Shown: positions 1-10,900 of the stretch, one piece after another
Position numbering within the stretch: position 1 is the stretch's first letter
Layout of the letters: each line of letters begins with the position of its first letter
Source of the DNA: a virus
Virus record (IMG/VR): IMGVR_UViG_3300033553_000478
Span: 1-64,000 of that record
Length of the DNA stretch: 64,000 nt
Reading direction: 5' to 3' (one strand)
Translations under genes and position numbers: made by a program
The notes under the pieces: model-generated
Told to the model about the DNA's origin: nothing
The model's database searches: none
What the model saw: the letters and a program-made list of their open reading frames with translations, nothing else

Positions 1-1074
1 CAATCCAGAAACCTCAGCTGAGGTTTCTGGATTGATAAGATTGATTTTAATCTTAGCCATTTTCCCGGTAGTTTCTCCGTAGTTACCACCTCTAAACCTG
101 ATATCTTCATTTTCAGGAAGAATATCAGCATAAAAAGAGGAAGGGGAAAATTCAGATACCTGTCCTTGCTCTGAAATGATGCGATAGATATACATCACCT
201 TCATAGCTTTTAGCTGTCCACCATTTAAGATAGCGGTTACCTCTGCCTGCAGCAGGATATTATTTAAGATCTGGTTAAACTCTTCCGGATTCCTATTTGA
301 AAGGGAAGTGTCTTTACGGTTCATCACCCTTCGGGGATTCACCGCATCAGAATAGTATACTCTTTTGTAAAATTCATTTTCCTCTACTCCCTCTGCAGTG
401 ATCTTTCCTTCCAGTGGCCAATTTTGTGCCCCGGTCCATATTCTTTGTCCGGAAAGAACGCCCTCATCATTTAAGGTGAAGCTAATGATCGTGTCGTAAT
501 ACACCAGGTTATTAATTGGAACTTCATTAAGATTGATGTTACACAATCCAAATTCAGCCACATTAACCCTCTCATCGTAATATTCCCCAAAGTCAACCGA
601 AGAACTTTCTGATACTACTTCAGAATAAGGAACCTGAAATTCCGTAGGATCCACTACAGGAGTTATAATGGTATATGTGCTTTCAATTATACTGGAGTTG
701 GCTAATATCACTCCAGGAGTATTTTCTATAATAAGTCCGGCTGTTACATCAGAAGTCAAAGCAGATCCTTCAGAAGAAATTATCTTCTCTGTAATTTCCT
801 GCTCTACACCTTCTCCTGCTCCGGCAGGTTTTCTGCATTTAGCAAATACGATCGCTTCATCTCTGAATGAAAAGAAGCCCAGGTATTTTACAATATCAGC
901 GTTCTGGTAAGCTAATTTACTTCCATCAATAGCGGTAAAAGAAAAAACTCCATTCTTGGAGTAGATTCTACCATTAAGACCTCTGGTGAATGTATTTTTC
1001 TTTTCTACATTCTCGGTAAGGTCCTTTGAATTCCCACCTTCAAAAGTATTTAAAGTAGTGAAATTGATACTCAT
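1..1074 (-). CDS. crAss-like tail stabilisation/muzzle protein (P22 gp10-like), N-terminal part; runs off the window edge
   Basis: Not in the ORF track. ATG at 1074 reads MSINFTTLNTFEGGNSKDLTENVEKKNTFTRGLNGRIYS, resembling the crAss muzzle N-terminus (NTFxxG..kD..N.ri). The same frame is open at the window edge. Confidence 0.7.
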   Translation of the reverse strand, partial: MSINFTTLNTFEGGNSKDLTENVEKKNTFTRGLNGRIYSKNGVFSFTAIDGSKLAYQNADIVKYLGFFSFRDEAIVFAKCRKPAGAGEGVEQEITEKIISSEGSALTSDVTAGLIIENTPGVILANSSIIESTYTIITPVVDPTEFQVPYSEVVSESSSVDFGEYYDERVNVAEFGLCNINLNEVPINNLVYYDTIISFTLNDEGVLSGQRIWTGAQNWPLEGKITAEGVEENEFYKRVYYSDAVNPRRVMNRKDTSLSNRNPEEFNQILNNILLQAEVTAILNGGQLKAMKVMYIYRIISEQGQVSEFSPSSFYADILPENEDIRFRGGNYGETTGKMAKIKINLINPETSAEVSGL

Positions 1075-1076
1075 TC

Positions 1077-2078
1077 TTAGAAGTTTGAAACGATTGATAC
1101 TGTGTTGGCTGTTCCGGAAACTAAGGCCGGATCCTGATTGATACTTAAAAGCGTGACATCTATTTGACCTGTCTCGCTGGCATCATCTTTTACAATTTTA
1201 CTTGTAACTTTTACTTGAGCATACCCATTTTCATTTAAATTGGCTGCGGCATTAACTGTCCCATTAGCCACATTTAAATATTCAATTCCATTAACTTCAA
1301 TGCTAACTTCGCTTTGTTTATCTACAGAAGTTGATGTAAGAAAAGGAGCATTGATTACAAAGCTTAATTCTGCAGTACCTCCCTGATATCCTTTTTTGAT
1401 ATCAATTAAAGTTGTTTCATAAATAACAGGTAATTCTTCAATACCTCCTGCCCCATTATCAAATTGCTCGATAAAGGTTTCTGATGTTTGAGATATACTG
1501 ATCATTTCAGCTATAGATATAACATTGACTGTTAAAGTATATTCTACAGCTTCAGAAATATTATTTCTTCCGGCTTTATAAGTGATCACTGCATACGGAA
1601 AACCACCACCTTCAAGATTTGTTTCATAAATTGCTTCAAGCATTTCTTTTGGTTCCAGCCTTTGGCCTGGTGCCAAAAGAGAACCTTTATGAAATAAATT
1701 ATTTACTCCGGAGATTGATACTATTTCTATAAATTCCACAGCTCCATTAATTGGAAGTGTAGGAAGTAGGTTTACAGATTGATCATTCAACATTTCTAAA
1801 ATGATAACCCCGGAAGTCGGCAAGATGCCCAGATCGTTTTCTTTCCAAGTCAGATCTATTTGAGCTTCATTGCCGTACTTCTGAAGGGATTCATCATAGG
1901 CTTTAAATTTGACATTCTCAGAAACATAAAGACCGTCTAATGACGGTATTCTCTCAAACTTCAAATTGCTTTCCATTGCGATATCATAAAGCTGATTAAT
2001 CGCTAATGACATTAAACCAATTTTAGGAGTAACAGATGTGTCTGGTAAACGGGTAATTATGAAATGAGATATTGCCAT
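1077..2078 (-). CDS. putative virion protein with cadherin/Ig-like beta domains
   Basis: 333 aa, beta-rich, within the tail region. Confidence 0.45.
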   Translation of the reverse strand: MAISHFIITRLPDTSVTPKIGLMSLAINQLYDIAMESNLKFERIPSLDGLYVSENVKFKAYDESLQKYGNEAQIDLTWKENDLGILPTSGVIILEMLNDQSVNLLPTLPINGAVEFIEIVSISGVNNLFHKGSLLAPGQRLEPKEMLEAIYETNLEGGGFPYAVITYKAGRNNISEAVEYTLTVNVISIAEMISISQTSETFIEQFDNGAGGIEELPVIYETTLIDIKKGYQGGTAELSFVINAPFLTSTSVDKQSEVSIEVNGIEYLNVANGTVNAAANLNENGYAQVKVTSKIVKDDASETGQIDVTLLSINQDPALVSGTANTVSIVSNF

Positions 2079-2084
2079 GGTATT

Positions 2085-2507
2085 TTATTCGTTTTCTACT
2101 GCGGTTGCTCCGGCTAATGTAGGTTTTAATAATCCTTTGATAGCGGTCTGAGCAGCTGCGAATAATGCTGATGCTGTAACTTCTGTAAAATCGGATTCTG
2201 TAATTGTTTCGAGTACCGGTTTGAGCATTGGAACAAAAGCCAGGATAAAGTACATCGCGATTGATAACACTACTGTTAACCCAAATGGTAAGGCATTACT
2301 TTTTAAAAATAGATTCCAATCCCAGTCAGGAGATTTCCAGTGCTTTTTCGCCTGAACGAAAAGCAACCCTATACCACTAAGTATGGCCGGGAGGAATAAT
2401 GATTTGACTGCGCTGAAGGAAGTGTCGAGTTCTATCTCTGCTGTTTCCTGGGAGAAGCCGAAGCTTACTGCGAATAATGCGATAAAAATGGTAAGGACTG
2501 TTTTCAT
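2085..2507 (-). CDS. membrane protein of the lysis cassette (holin/antiholin-like)
   Basis: Likely start MKTVLTIFIALF at 2507; signal-like N-terminus and 2-3 hydrophobic helices. Confidence 0.5.
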   Translation of the reverse strand: MKTVLTIFIALFAVSFGFSQETAEIELDTSFSAVKSLFLPAILSGIGLLFVQAKKHWKSPDWDWNLFLKSNALPFGLTVVLSIAMYFILAFVPMLKPVLETITESDFTEVTASALFAAAQTAIKGLLKPTLAGATAVENE

Positions 2508-2526
2508 ATTTATAATTATTAAGGGG

Positions 2527-3213
2527 TTAAAATTCTGTGAGTTTAAATCCGAAGAATGGACCAAAGTACCAACCGTGAACAGGGTTCCATCCACCACCAA
2601 GGGAAACTACCCAATGCTTCTTAGGCATTTCAATCACTTGGCCCTCTAAATTTTCGGTAACGATGAACGGATTTGAATTTGTTATCGTTGCGGTAGCCCT
2701 TCCTTTCACGTAACCGACTACCAGTCTTTGTTCGTTTGGAAATGAGGGCGAATTTAATTTTACTCCAAATTTGTTCACTTCTCCGCTGATCGAATACCAT
2801 GGGTGTTGTTTATTAAAGGTTCGTACAAAATCCATTTCTAAAGGCCCCTCTGCATAAGGGAAGAATACTGTATCAAATACAGTTCGGGTTTTCCACTTAA
2901 TTACCGCTACGGGGTTTTTAATTTTTTCGAGCAAAACTTTAATAGTATCATCCTTCATATAGATCTGCTGGCGAAGCTGTTTTTCTGTACTTACCAAAAT
3001 AGCTTTCTGAGTAGCCAGTTCTCCATTTTTCAAATTCAAATTGTACTGTTTGCTATTCATAGCCACCAGATTGTTTTCGTACGTTTTTTCAGCTTTAGCT
3101 CCATCTGTACAGCTTTCAACATATAAAAGCATAAAAACCACTAATAGAATTAATGGTAGAATCCGGAATATCGTTTGCTTGTAAGTATCCCAATAACTTT
3201 TTATTGTACTCAT
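2527..3213 (-). CDS. putative spanin-like lysis protein (Bacteroidota phage type)
   Basis: N-terminal TM segment, coiled coil and a C-terminal Gly/aromatic-rich beta segment; directly downstream of the endolysin. Confidence 0.55.
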   Translation of the reverse strand: MSTIKSYWDTYKQTIFRILPLILLVVFMLLYVESCTDGAKAEKTYENNLVAMNSKQYNLNLKNGELATQKAILVSTEKQLRQQIYMKDDTIKVLLEKIKNPVAVIKWKTRTVFDTVFFPYAEGPLEMDFVRTFNKQHPWYSISGEVNKFGVKLNSPSFPNEQRLVVGYVKGRATATITNSNPFIVTENLEGQVIEMPKKHWVVSLGGGWNPVHGWYFGPFFGFKLTEF

Positions 3214-3268
3214 TTGTTTGGTTTTTTAGGTTTCTGCCATCTGGCAGGAATATCTACTCTTGGCGCTG

Positions 3269-3940
3269 TCATTGTGCTGTAAGTATTTTATAAAACTTTT
3301 CAGTTTGTATAATTCTTTCTTTTAAGTGATTAGGTTTCCCTTTGGAATACGCATTTCCTAAATTCACTGCCCTGGAAACAGCAAGTATTGTAGAAGCGTT
3401 AACCCGGTCGCAATGCTTCCAGATGTTATTTGCATTGAAGAAAAACAAAGCGCTTTCAAAATAATATTTGGTAATGATCAAGTTTGGATTTTCTACAACA
3501 CAAGGATCATTTACAAATTCAGCAAAAGCTTCAAAGTTTCCTCTACCGGTTAAGTGCAATGGTCCGTGGCCACGAAATTTATAACCATCACCTGGTTCAG
3601 TATTTCCAAGATTTATTCTTCCCCATTCGCCACCATAAATAATATTTCCGATAGCTACCTGATCAGCTCTTTGCTTTGAAGTGCGGCCATATTTTACACA
3701 GTCAGCTTCACTTATCCTATGGCGACCGAAAGTCGCCATTAAACCCTCTACACTATAATTCAGGTTTTCTTTTGATTTGGTAAACTGAGAAGATTCGTGA
3801 GCACACTGTCCAACATAATGAGCTAAATGCTCCTTTTTAGGAATATTTAGGACCACCTTCATTTTATCTAAGGTGAACCGTCCAAGATCTCCATCAGGAC
3901 TCAAGCCATTTACTTTTTGAAAATCTATTAGCTTGCTCAT
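3269..3940 (-). CDS. endolysin, glycoside hydrolase family 19
   Basis: Motifs QCAHES, ENLNYS and DGYKFRGHGPLHLTGRGN; short N-terminal PG-binding-like segment FQKVNGLSPDG. Confidence 0.9.
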   Translation of the reverse strand: MSKLIDFQKVNGLSPDGDLGRFTLDKMKVVLNIPKKEHLAHYVGQCAHESSQFTKSKENLNYSVEGLMATFGRHRISEADCVKYGRTSKQRADQVAIGNIIYGGEWGRINLGNTEPGDGYKFRGHGPLHLTGRGNFEAFAEFVNDPCVVENPNLIITKYYFESALFFFNANNIWKHCDRVNASTILAVSRAVNLGNAYSKGKPNHLKERIIQTEKFYKILTAQ

Positions 3941-3942
3941 TA

Positions 3943-4602
3943 TTACTGGGGATTTTTAGGATTATGTCCATCTGTAGGAGTAGTGTTTCCATACATCTTT
4001 AAAATCTTAGGCTCTACAATCCTTTCTATTATTCTGAAAATGGAAGCTTTTTGATTAAAAATATATTCTGAATTTTCTCCAATACTTTTGAATTCGTAGT
4101 ACCAGAATAAAAATATGGGGATCCTGATTAGTGATTCTGTACCAAAAGACAAAGCCAGAATAAACCATTCAGCTCCTGTAGGGTGATCACTGGTTAAAGC
4201 TTTTACTACTAACAGATAACTGAGAAATGCAAAAGATTTAAAGAATACGAAATACAGTTTCTTTATATCAAACTCATGAGCTTTCCAACGCATGGTGTTA
4301 AGTTTCCATTCTTTAGTATTTGGCTCATACTGCTGAGAACGACAAAAAAAGATATTTGCTTTCTTTTTGTTTTTCACTACTCCGGAAACAGCATTGGCGA
4401 ATAGTGTTAAGTGTACTAATAGTAAAACTAAGTAAGTTGTTCCGAACCAACTTTGATCAAGTAGAACTTGTGATATTACAGCAGTACCGCTTATAAATCC
4501 GGATGTAATTATTGCGGTGCCTCTATTATTCAGAGCTAATTCTATAAAATCCGTAGTCCAAGTCTTGAAGGCGCAGAAGATAAAGGTAGATTTGAAGTCC
4601 AT
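3943..4602 (-). CDS. holin (phage holin family 4-like)
   Basis: Several TM helices and an EFKSIGEN motif; adjacent to the endolysin. Confidence 0.65.
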   Translation of the reverse strand: MDFKSTFIFCAFKTWTTDFIELALNNRGTAIITSGFISGTAVISQVLLDQSWFGTTYLVLLLVHLTLFANAVSGVVKNKKKANIFFCRSQQYEPNTKEWKLNTMRWKAHEFDIKKLYFVFFKSFAFLSYLLVVKALTSDHPTGAEWFILALSFGTESLIRIPIFLFWYYEFKSIGENSEYIFNQKASIFRIIERIVEPKILKMYGNTTPTDGHNPKNPQ

Positions 4603-4649
4603 TTAAGGAGTTGTTTTTAGGGGGTAAAACAATATTTTGGGCAAACAGA

Positions 4650-5264
4650 TTAAAGCCGCTTTTCCAGCGGCTTTTCATCTGCAAGTAATAAGAAGAATCT
4701 GGACCTTTGTTCCGGGTGTGTGCGGATCCTCTTAGCCAGTACTTCGTGTTTTTCGTCAAGATCCCAACAAGGACTCATTATTTCGTGGGAATGTTTATTG
4801 CCAGACTTTACAGTATATAGTTTTCCCATTTGCCTGAGAAACACTATCCGGGCAAGATTGGGATATTTGAGTAGTTCACTGTTAAGCCTGATCACGGATC
4901 CATCTTTGGAAACATCACCTAAGAAACCATAATTATCAGTATCTATAAAAATGACTTCCTTAAGCTTATTGAATTCGGGAGTATAATTTACTTTGTAATA
5001 AATAGCTCCGTCTTGGAATTCTTTAAGAAATGCTTTAAGGATTTCATCATTTATGTTGATGATATCGTTTTGGTTTCTGGTAAGAGCAGCTGGAAAAGTT
5101 CTGCCTGGGAGGTTTGATCCTTTAGCTCTTGCATAAGCAGCATAAGCATCTGCTTCAAGTTGAATTCTTTCTTCGTAGTCAATTTTGACCATTTTTTTAG
5201 AAGATTGAGCGAATGAGAGAGAGAAACAAAAAAGGGCGATGAGCAGGGTGAATTTTTTCATCAT
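4650..5264 (-). CDS. secreted protein with degenerate zincin/matrixin-like fold
   Basis: Signal peptide; IVFLRQMGK...HEIMSP resembles HExxH plus Met-turn with the metal ligands lost. Confidence 0.4.
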   Translation of the reverse strand: MMKKFTLLIALFCFSLSFAQSSKKMVKIDYEERIQLEADAYAAYARAKGSNLPGRTFPAALTRNQNDIININDEILKAFLKEFQDGAIYYKVNYTPEFNKLKEVIFIDTDNYGFLGDVSKDGSVIRLNSELLKYPNLARIVFLRQMGKLYTVKSGNKHSHEIMSPCWDLDEKHEVLAKRIRTHPEQRSRFFLLLADEKPLEKRL

Positions 5265-5300
5265 TTCAGGGGGTGTTAAAATTGGTTAAAAATCTCTTAA

Positions 5301-5888
5301 TTAATACACAATAAAAGTAAACAAAAATATTAACGCTATCACAAAACTTATTTCTCCTTTGAATTCTTTCCACCATATTCTTGGGAATTTGTGATTTAAA
5401 ACAGTTAATATGCCGTCAACACTGATTTTTTCACAATGATTCATTTTCCTTCTTTTGAAAAGCCAACAATAAGGAGTATGCGGAAAAGAAGCTATTACCA
5501 GTAGTATAAACCTTACAGTTCGATGCCAACTGCCTTTATGCTGCCGATGCATTTCGTTTCTGAATAACTGATCAACTCTCCACCGATATGCAAGATTTCC
5601 GGCACAGTTATAATTGATATACAGATAATCGTGAAGCATTGCACACAATTCAAGTCTGCCGATATCCGGAAGATCCTCAGTCATTGTCGCACCATCAAAC
5701 TCAAGAGGGAAGTTTACAAAGTAGTCATAGGCTCCCAGATAGATTGAAACCTGTGCGGAGTTGTATCTCTTCATATTTGTGAGATACTGGCGTATGTGTT
5801 CACGGTTTACCTGAAGAACTTCACGGGGCTGATCAAAATAATTATTCTCGCTGTTGAACAGCTTCAGGAAGGGGAGTGATGTTGTCAT
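5301..5888 (-). CDS. DUF1353-like protein with C-terminal TM segment
   Basis: Motifs FDGAT...AMLHDYLY...VDQLF. Confidence 0.6.
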   Translation of the reverse strand: MTTSLPFLKLFNSENNYFDQPREVLQVNREHIRQYLTNMKRYNSAQVSIYLGAYDYFVNFPLEFDGATMTEDLPDIGRLELCAMLHDYLYINYNCAGNLAYRWRVDQLFRNEMHRQHKGSWHRTVRFILLVIASFPHTPYCWLFKRRKMNHCEKISVDGILTVLNHKFPRIWWKEFKGEISFVIALIFLFTFIVY

Positions 5889-5916
5889 AAAATGGGAGGA
5901 TCATAAAGGTTAGGTT

Positions 5917-6303
5917 TTATTCAATATTAATATCAGCTTCCCAGTCACCGGGAAGAGTGCCGTAATTTTGTCCTGTTTCCTGTTGCTGTTGTAATTCAAA
6001 AAATTCTTCTAAGCGTTGCATTACATTTTCATATAGGTTAGCAGAAGAAGCCAAAGGAGCAACCATTTGGTTGTTTTCTATCTGAATAATAACATCCCAC
6101 AACTGATAAGCTTTAGGGCCTATATCGCAAAGTTTTACAACCAACCCATTTTCATTTAAATAATAGTAATAACCTTTAGGAGTAATTCCATTTTTATCTA
6201 TCTCAATTTTATCTATAATAATACGGAGAATAATATCAACAGTTCCTCTCAAAGGAAGTTGAGCAGGTACTGTCTTGACTGTTTTGGTTCTTAGTTTTAG
6301 CAT
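5917..6303 (-). CDS. hypothetical protein, possible tail-fibre chaperone
   Basis: 128 aa, immediately downstream of the fibre genes. Confidence 0.35.
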   Translation of the reverse strand: MLKLRTKTVKTVPAQLPLRGTVDIILRIIIDKIEIDKNGITPKGYYYYLNENGLVVKLCDIGPKAYQLWDVIIQIENNQMVAPLASSANLYENVMQRLEEFFELQQQQETGQNYGTLPGDWEADINIE

Positions 6304-6310
6304 AGTTATT

Positions 6311-7936
6311 TTATATTAAATGTTCTCCATTAATTAATTTGTTGTGTATCTCTAAAGCTTGATCATCTGTTAAATCTGTGGTTATTAACACGAATTCATC
6401 CAGATCACCCTTCGTTCTTGTGGTAGTTCCAGCACCTCTTACTCCACCTAATGTGTTTCCTGCAATTCCCGGATTTCCAAATGCGCCCATTGCTTTAGTG
6501 CTAACTAAAATTCCTTGGAAATAAACTTTATAATGTAAATTTTGGGTGACAGAAAGAATCAGTGTGAATTTATTAGTAAGAGTGTAACCCGTTACTAAAA
6601 CTTGATTTGAAGACGGACTCCAAATATCTATAACCATTCTGTTAGCTCCCCCTGAATTTGCTCTTACTGAAACATAGGGAAAACCTCCTGCGTTTAATTC
6701 TAAATTCCTATACTCCGCTAAAGTGTCTGTCATTTTTCCAACATAAGCCACAGCGAAATTTGTTGGATTATTAATTATGGTTTGCGGTAAAGCTACTGAT
6801 CCAGTTCCGGGAAAATTCAAGGATTTATTAACCAGTACATTGTTTACATAATTTAATCCTGAACCTTGAAAACTTGAGTTATCAAAATTTGAAAAACTAT
6901 CATTCAGATTGTCTTCAAGTTTAAGATACATCGCGATTTTACCTGTGGGGTATAATTCTGTTGAGGCTGTAGTAATTGAAACAGTTTGTAAATCAGATTT
7001 ACTTTCAAAAATATCAACTTTTTTACAAGTTATTTGATAGGTAGTATTTAATGTCAACCCTCCAATAAACCTATTAACTTTCACATCTGGTCTTGCTACT
7101 CCATCAACTTTAACTTCTGTAAATCTTACAATTGAATTAACACTACTATTATCATCAATTAATTGAATTGAAGTACCATAAATACTGCCAACATTTGAAA
7201 CTGAAAATTCATTAGGCGGGGTTATAAAATCAGGAATTACACCGCTATAATCAATATTCGCCAGCTTTGTAGAACGCGCATAAGCTAAATCCCCTTCCTC
7301 TGCTCCAGCGTTCGAGGTTTGCAGGAAAATATTAGCCCAAATATTTACTCCATTAGGGCAGTTACTAAAGTGGTTATTATTACCAGTTGTACCTCCAATT
7401 TCAATAGCCTCTGGAATAATAATATTTTTAGCACCTCCAAAAATTGGACTGGAGCTTCCTGCATTTGTGTGATATTTATATTTTGGTAAATAAATAAGTT
7501 CAGCATTGGTTCCTCCAAACGGATGGAAATTCTCCATATACTGAGAATTTCTAAATAAGGCTCTTTTTAATCCTGAATTCAAAAACATTGATTGTCTTAT
7601 TACAATATCATTTTGAAATTCAGCCCTTATAAAATTGGAAGCACCCCAGAAAATATGGGTTCCAGTACTTATACACTTGCCTTCTGAAGTTTCAATAAAA
7701 GAAGTAATACTTAAATCATCCTTAAAGGCATCATTTGGGATTGAATAATTCACATCAATCTTAGCTTCAATGTTAGTTCCTTCAATATTAAAATAAGAAA
7801 TGTTAGAACTTGAAATATTTAATTTCGCAGCTAAAGTCTCTTTATTAGGAATAGAAGTTGCCACACCTCCTATAAAGGTGTTTGGGGTAAGATTACCACG
7901 CTTTCTACCATATTCAAAAAACTGTATAGGATTCAT
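6311..7936 (-). CDS. tail fibre/receptor-binding protein (BspA-like LRR, FN3-like and LamG/concanavalin-like domains)
   Basis: LRR-like repeats (IPNDAF, IRQSMF, IYLPK); GGLTLNTTY; C-terminal YLKLEDN...GDLDEF LamG pattern. Confidence 0.65.
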   Translation of the reverse strand: MNPIQFFEYGRKRGNLTPNTFIGGVATSIPNKETLAAKLNISSSNISYFNIEGTNIEAKIDVNYSIPNDAFKDDLSITSFIETSEGKCISTGTHIFWGASNFIRAEFQNDIVIRQSMFLNSGLKRALFRNSQYMENFHPFGGTNAELIYLPKYKYHTNAGSSSPIFGGAKNIIIPEAIEIGGTTGNNNHFSNCPNGVNIWANIFLQTSNAGAEEGDLAYARSTKLANIDYSGVIPDFITPPNEFSVSNVGSIYGTSIQLIDDNSSVNSIVRFTEVKVDGVARPDVKVNRFIGGLTLNTTYQITCKKVDIFESKSDLQTVSITTASTELYPTGKIAMYLKLEDNLNDSFSNFDNSSFQGSGLNYVNNVLVNKSLNFPGTGSVALPQTIINNPTNFAVAYVGKMTDTLAEYRNLELNAGGFPYVSVRANSGGANRMVIDIWSPSSNQVLVTGYTLTNKFTLILSVTQNLHYKVYFQGILVSTKAMGAFGNPGIAGNTLGGVRGAGTTTRTKGDLDEFVLITTDLTDDQALEIHNKLINGEHLI

Positions 7937-7937
7937 A

Positions 7938-10900
7938 TTATACCGCGTTTGAAATTCTTAATGAAACTACATTACCTACAACAGAAACAGTGGCGGTACT
8001 GCCTACTGCCCCATTTAAAACTGCCGTTGCATCAACAGCTCTTATCGTCTTTCCTGAACTTGCTAAAAATGTAATCGCTCCTGTTCCCTCCTTTTGATAA
8101 CTCGCCACAAAATTTGCGGTGGCTCCTACTGTGATATTAATTGCATTTGTACTGTTGGCTATAAGCACGTTCTTTCCATTCTGTGAATATCCTCCATCGC
8201 TTAATGTTTCAGAAGTAAAAGAAGTAGTAGTGGTCTTGGTTACTTGTGTTGGTTCTGCTACTGTAGCTGAGGGGGTATCAATCCATTCTATTGCACCACC
8301 AGCTAAAGTGCGTGGCATCTTTCCTGCTGTAGTAGGAGTAACCCACTTTGTTAAATGATTAAGAACATTCTGCCCGTTGGTTGTTACCCAAGTTGAAGCG
8401 TTGTCATACGCTGTTTTTAATGCTGTGGTGAAAATAGCTGTGATGCTATCCAACTTATCTTTATAAGCTGTAGTAAATTCTTCAGTTCCAGCATTACTTA
8501 AATACTTTGTACGAATGCTTTCTGCTGTTTCTCCGGCAATAGTTCCTGTAGAAGAAACCCATCCTTCCTGGGCATCCCATATATATCTCTTAGCTGGTAC
8601 TCCTGCTCCTGCATCAACATCAGCATACCAACCCGCTTGACCAGATGGCCACGCAGTATTTAAAGCTGTAGTGTTTAAAAAGGTTCCTTTGAATTTGGTA
8701 CCTTCCATCGTAGCCAGCTTGTCTTTTTCAGCCTGGGTATAGTTAGTATCTGAAAGACCTTTTCCAGCCACCTTATCTACCTTCGTATCAAGTCCAGACT
8801 GCAATTGGGCTGGTGTCACATAATTACCTGTAGGTTGTGGAGCTGCTACGCCTCCGGATAATTTTATATTGTCCAGATAAAAACCATAACCGTTTTTAGT
8901 AGGAGCAAAAGTTAAGAACCTGATCTTAGTAACATTCACAATTAGTGAAGCTGGAATCTTGGCAATTAAATTTTGATAGGTACTGGTGTTCGCTAAATCA
9001 AACGTAGGATCATCCTGTAGATAAATAAATTGAAAAGAGCCCTGAGCATCTGTACCATGGAATTGAATTCTATGAGTAGGGTTTTTCATTCCTCCATAGC
9101 TTCCAGGCTTTTGCCTGAAATCATAAAGCATTCTTTCGTAATTGGCTATAGGGAATGGTGCGGCTGGTATAAATTCTACAGCATCGTATAATTGAAGGTT
9201 TGTACCTTCAATTACTTTAGTGCCTAAAGAAGGAATAGTTTGAGCAGCCAGATTAAATCTGGTACTTGATGCCGGATAATTTGAAGTATTAAATTCTCCG
9301 CCGGCTACCTGAGTATTTTCATTATAGACTAAAGCAGAAGTTACTCCCGAAGGTTGAGTAGTAGCAGCTTCTATAATTATAAAAGTACCTTCAATTTGAG
9401 TGGTAGGATCTATCGCTGCCTTAATCGGGTTTGCTGCTGGTCCTTCCGTAAGAGCCAAAATATCTCCAGTATCGGTTAAAGCATATACAATGATCGTATC
9501 ATTAGTAGCATCAGCCGGACCGTGATTAAACCTCTTTTTTAAAGTAAATGTATTTCCATTTATAATCCAGGAAGCTGTAACATCATATTCGTGGTTTTGA
9601 ACGTGAGCTACATCAATACTAAAAACTTTGTTTTCAAGTGATGTATTACCACCTCCCAATAAAGCTACATTTAAAAATGGACGCAGATCAGTACCTATTG
9701 TAAGTGCGTTATTTGGATCCCAGGAAACCTGACTATCACCTTTAATATTTACAATATCATCATCACCAGTAATGTGATAAACTTTATTGAACATATATGA
9801 TTCAACAAATCTGTTCGCTCCAAAATATCCTTTGGCAGTTACTATTCTTGGATTCTGAAGGAAATAACTTAAAGTAGCCGGATCATATTCATAGGTTTCA
9901 TAATATGCTCCATGATCCCAGAAAATATAATCTATCAATCCTGTAAAGACGATATCTGAAAAGTAAGCATCCTGTTGAGATTTTGCAGCAAAAGCTACTT
10001 TACTTGCTACTTTAAAATCCTGAAGCGTAGGATAATCATCAAGATTTACATTAAGGATTGTATTGTTATCTAAAATTTCACTTCCAAATTGACTTGTTTT
10101 GATTACATAATTATTGAAAGTTCTTACAATAGATACTCTTGTTGGACCATTAGTGTTCCATCCTCCTGCAGATCCTGGAGCAATTGGAGCAAGTGGAGTT
10201 GCATCTATAATTACCTCTTCAGTCATTTGACTAAAGTTTCTTACCAAGGCATAATTATACTTTCCTTGACCAGATAATGTAGCCATTGTTCTAACTACCG
10301 AAAGAGTATGCTCATAACCGGTAACAGGATCTACCCAAAAACCGATAACAAGTGCCATCCAATCATCATCACTGTTTGGAGAACTGAATGTGGCTTCAAA
10401 AGTATAATTAGAAAATTCCCTTGGAGAAAGGAAACCTGTATAAGGATCGTAATTCTTAGATAAGAATATACGATCGTTTACAGAGTCATAACCCCAAGCT
10501 GTTCTATTGTAAAATTCATCTGCAGTAAGTAACTGAGAAGGAATATTGATATCGGTGTTTAAAGCCGGGAAATATGGTGGAGATACATATTGTGATGGAG
10601 CGTGTTTACCATTATGGTGAGAAAACATTTGCCAGCTTTTAAATACTTCTTCAAGATTTACAGCTGCAGTAGAAGCTACTACATATTCTTTTTCAGTTTG
10701 AACGATAACACCTCTACGCATCATCCAATCTGGAACAACTTCATTGGTTCCCTCTTCAGTAATATAATAGATCTGATCTTTCCTTCCAGGAGGAAGAATC
10801 TGTCCAAGTGAGGGGAGATTTATTAAGTCATTATAATTATTTGTAATTGCTACTTTTGACAGATTCAATATCAAAGTATCTCCCTGAAACAGATCTACGG

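Noticed and set aside
1-34. Perfect 34-bp palindrome CAATCCAGAAACCTCAG/CTGAGGTTTCTGGATTG at the very start of the window
   Set aside because: It lies inside a coding gene and ends exactly at the sequence edge. A fold-back library or assembly artefact seeded by CTCAGCTGAG is more likely than a hairpin telomere; reads are needed to settle it.
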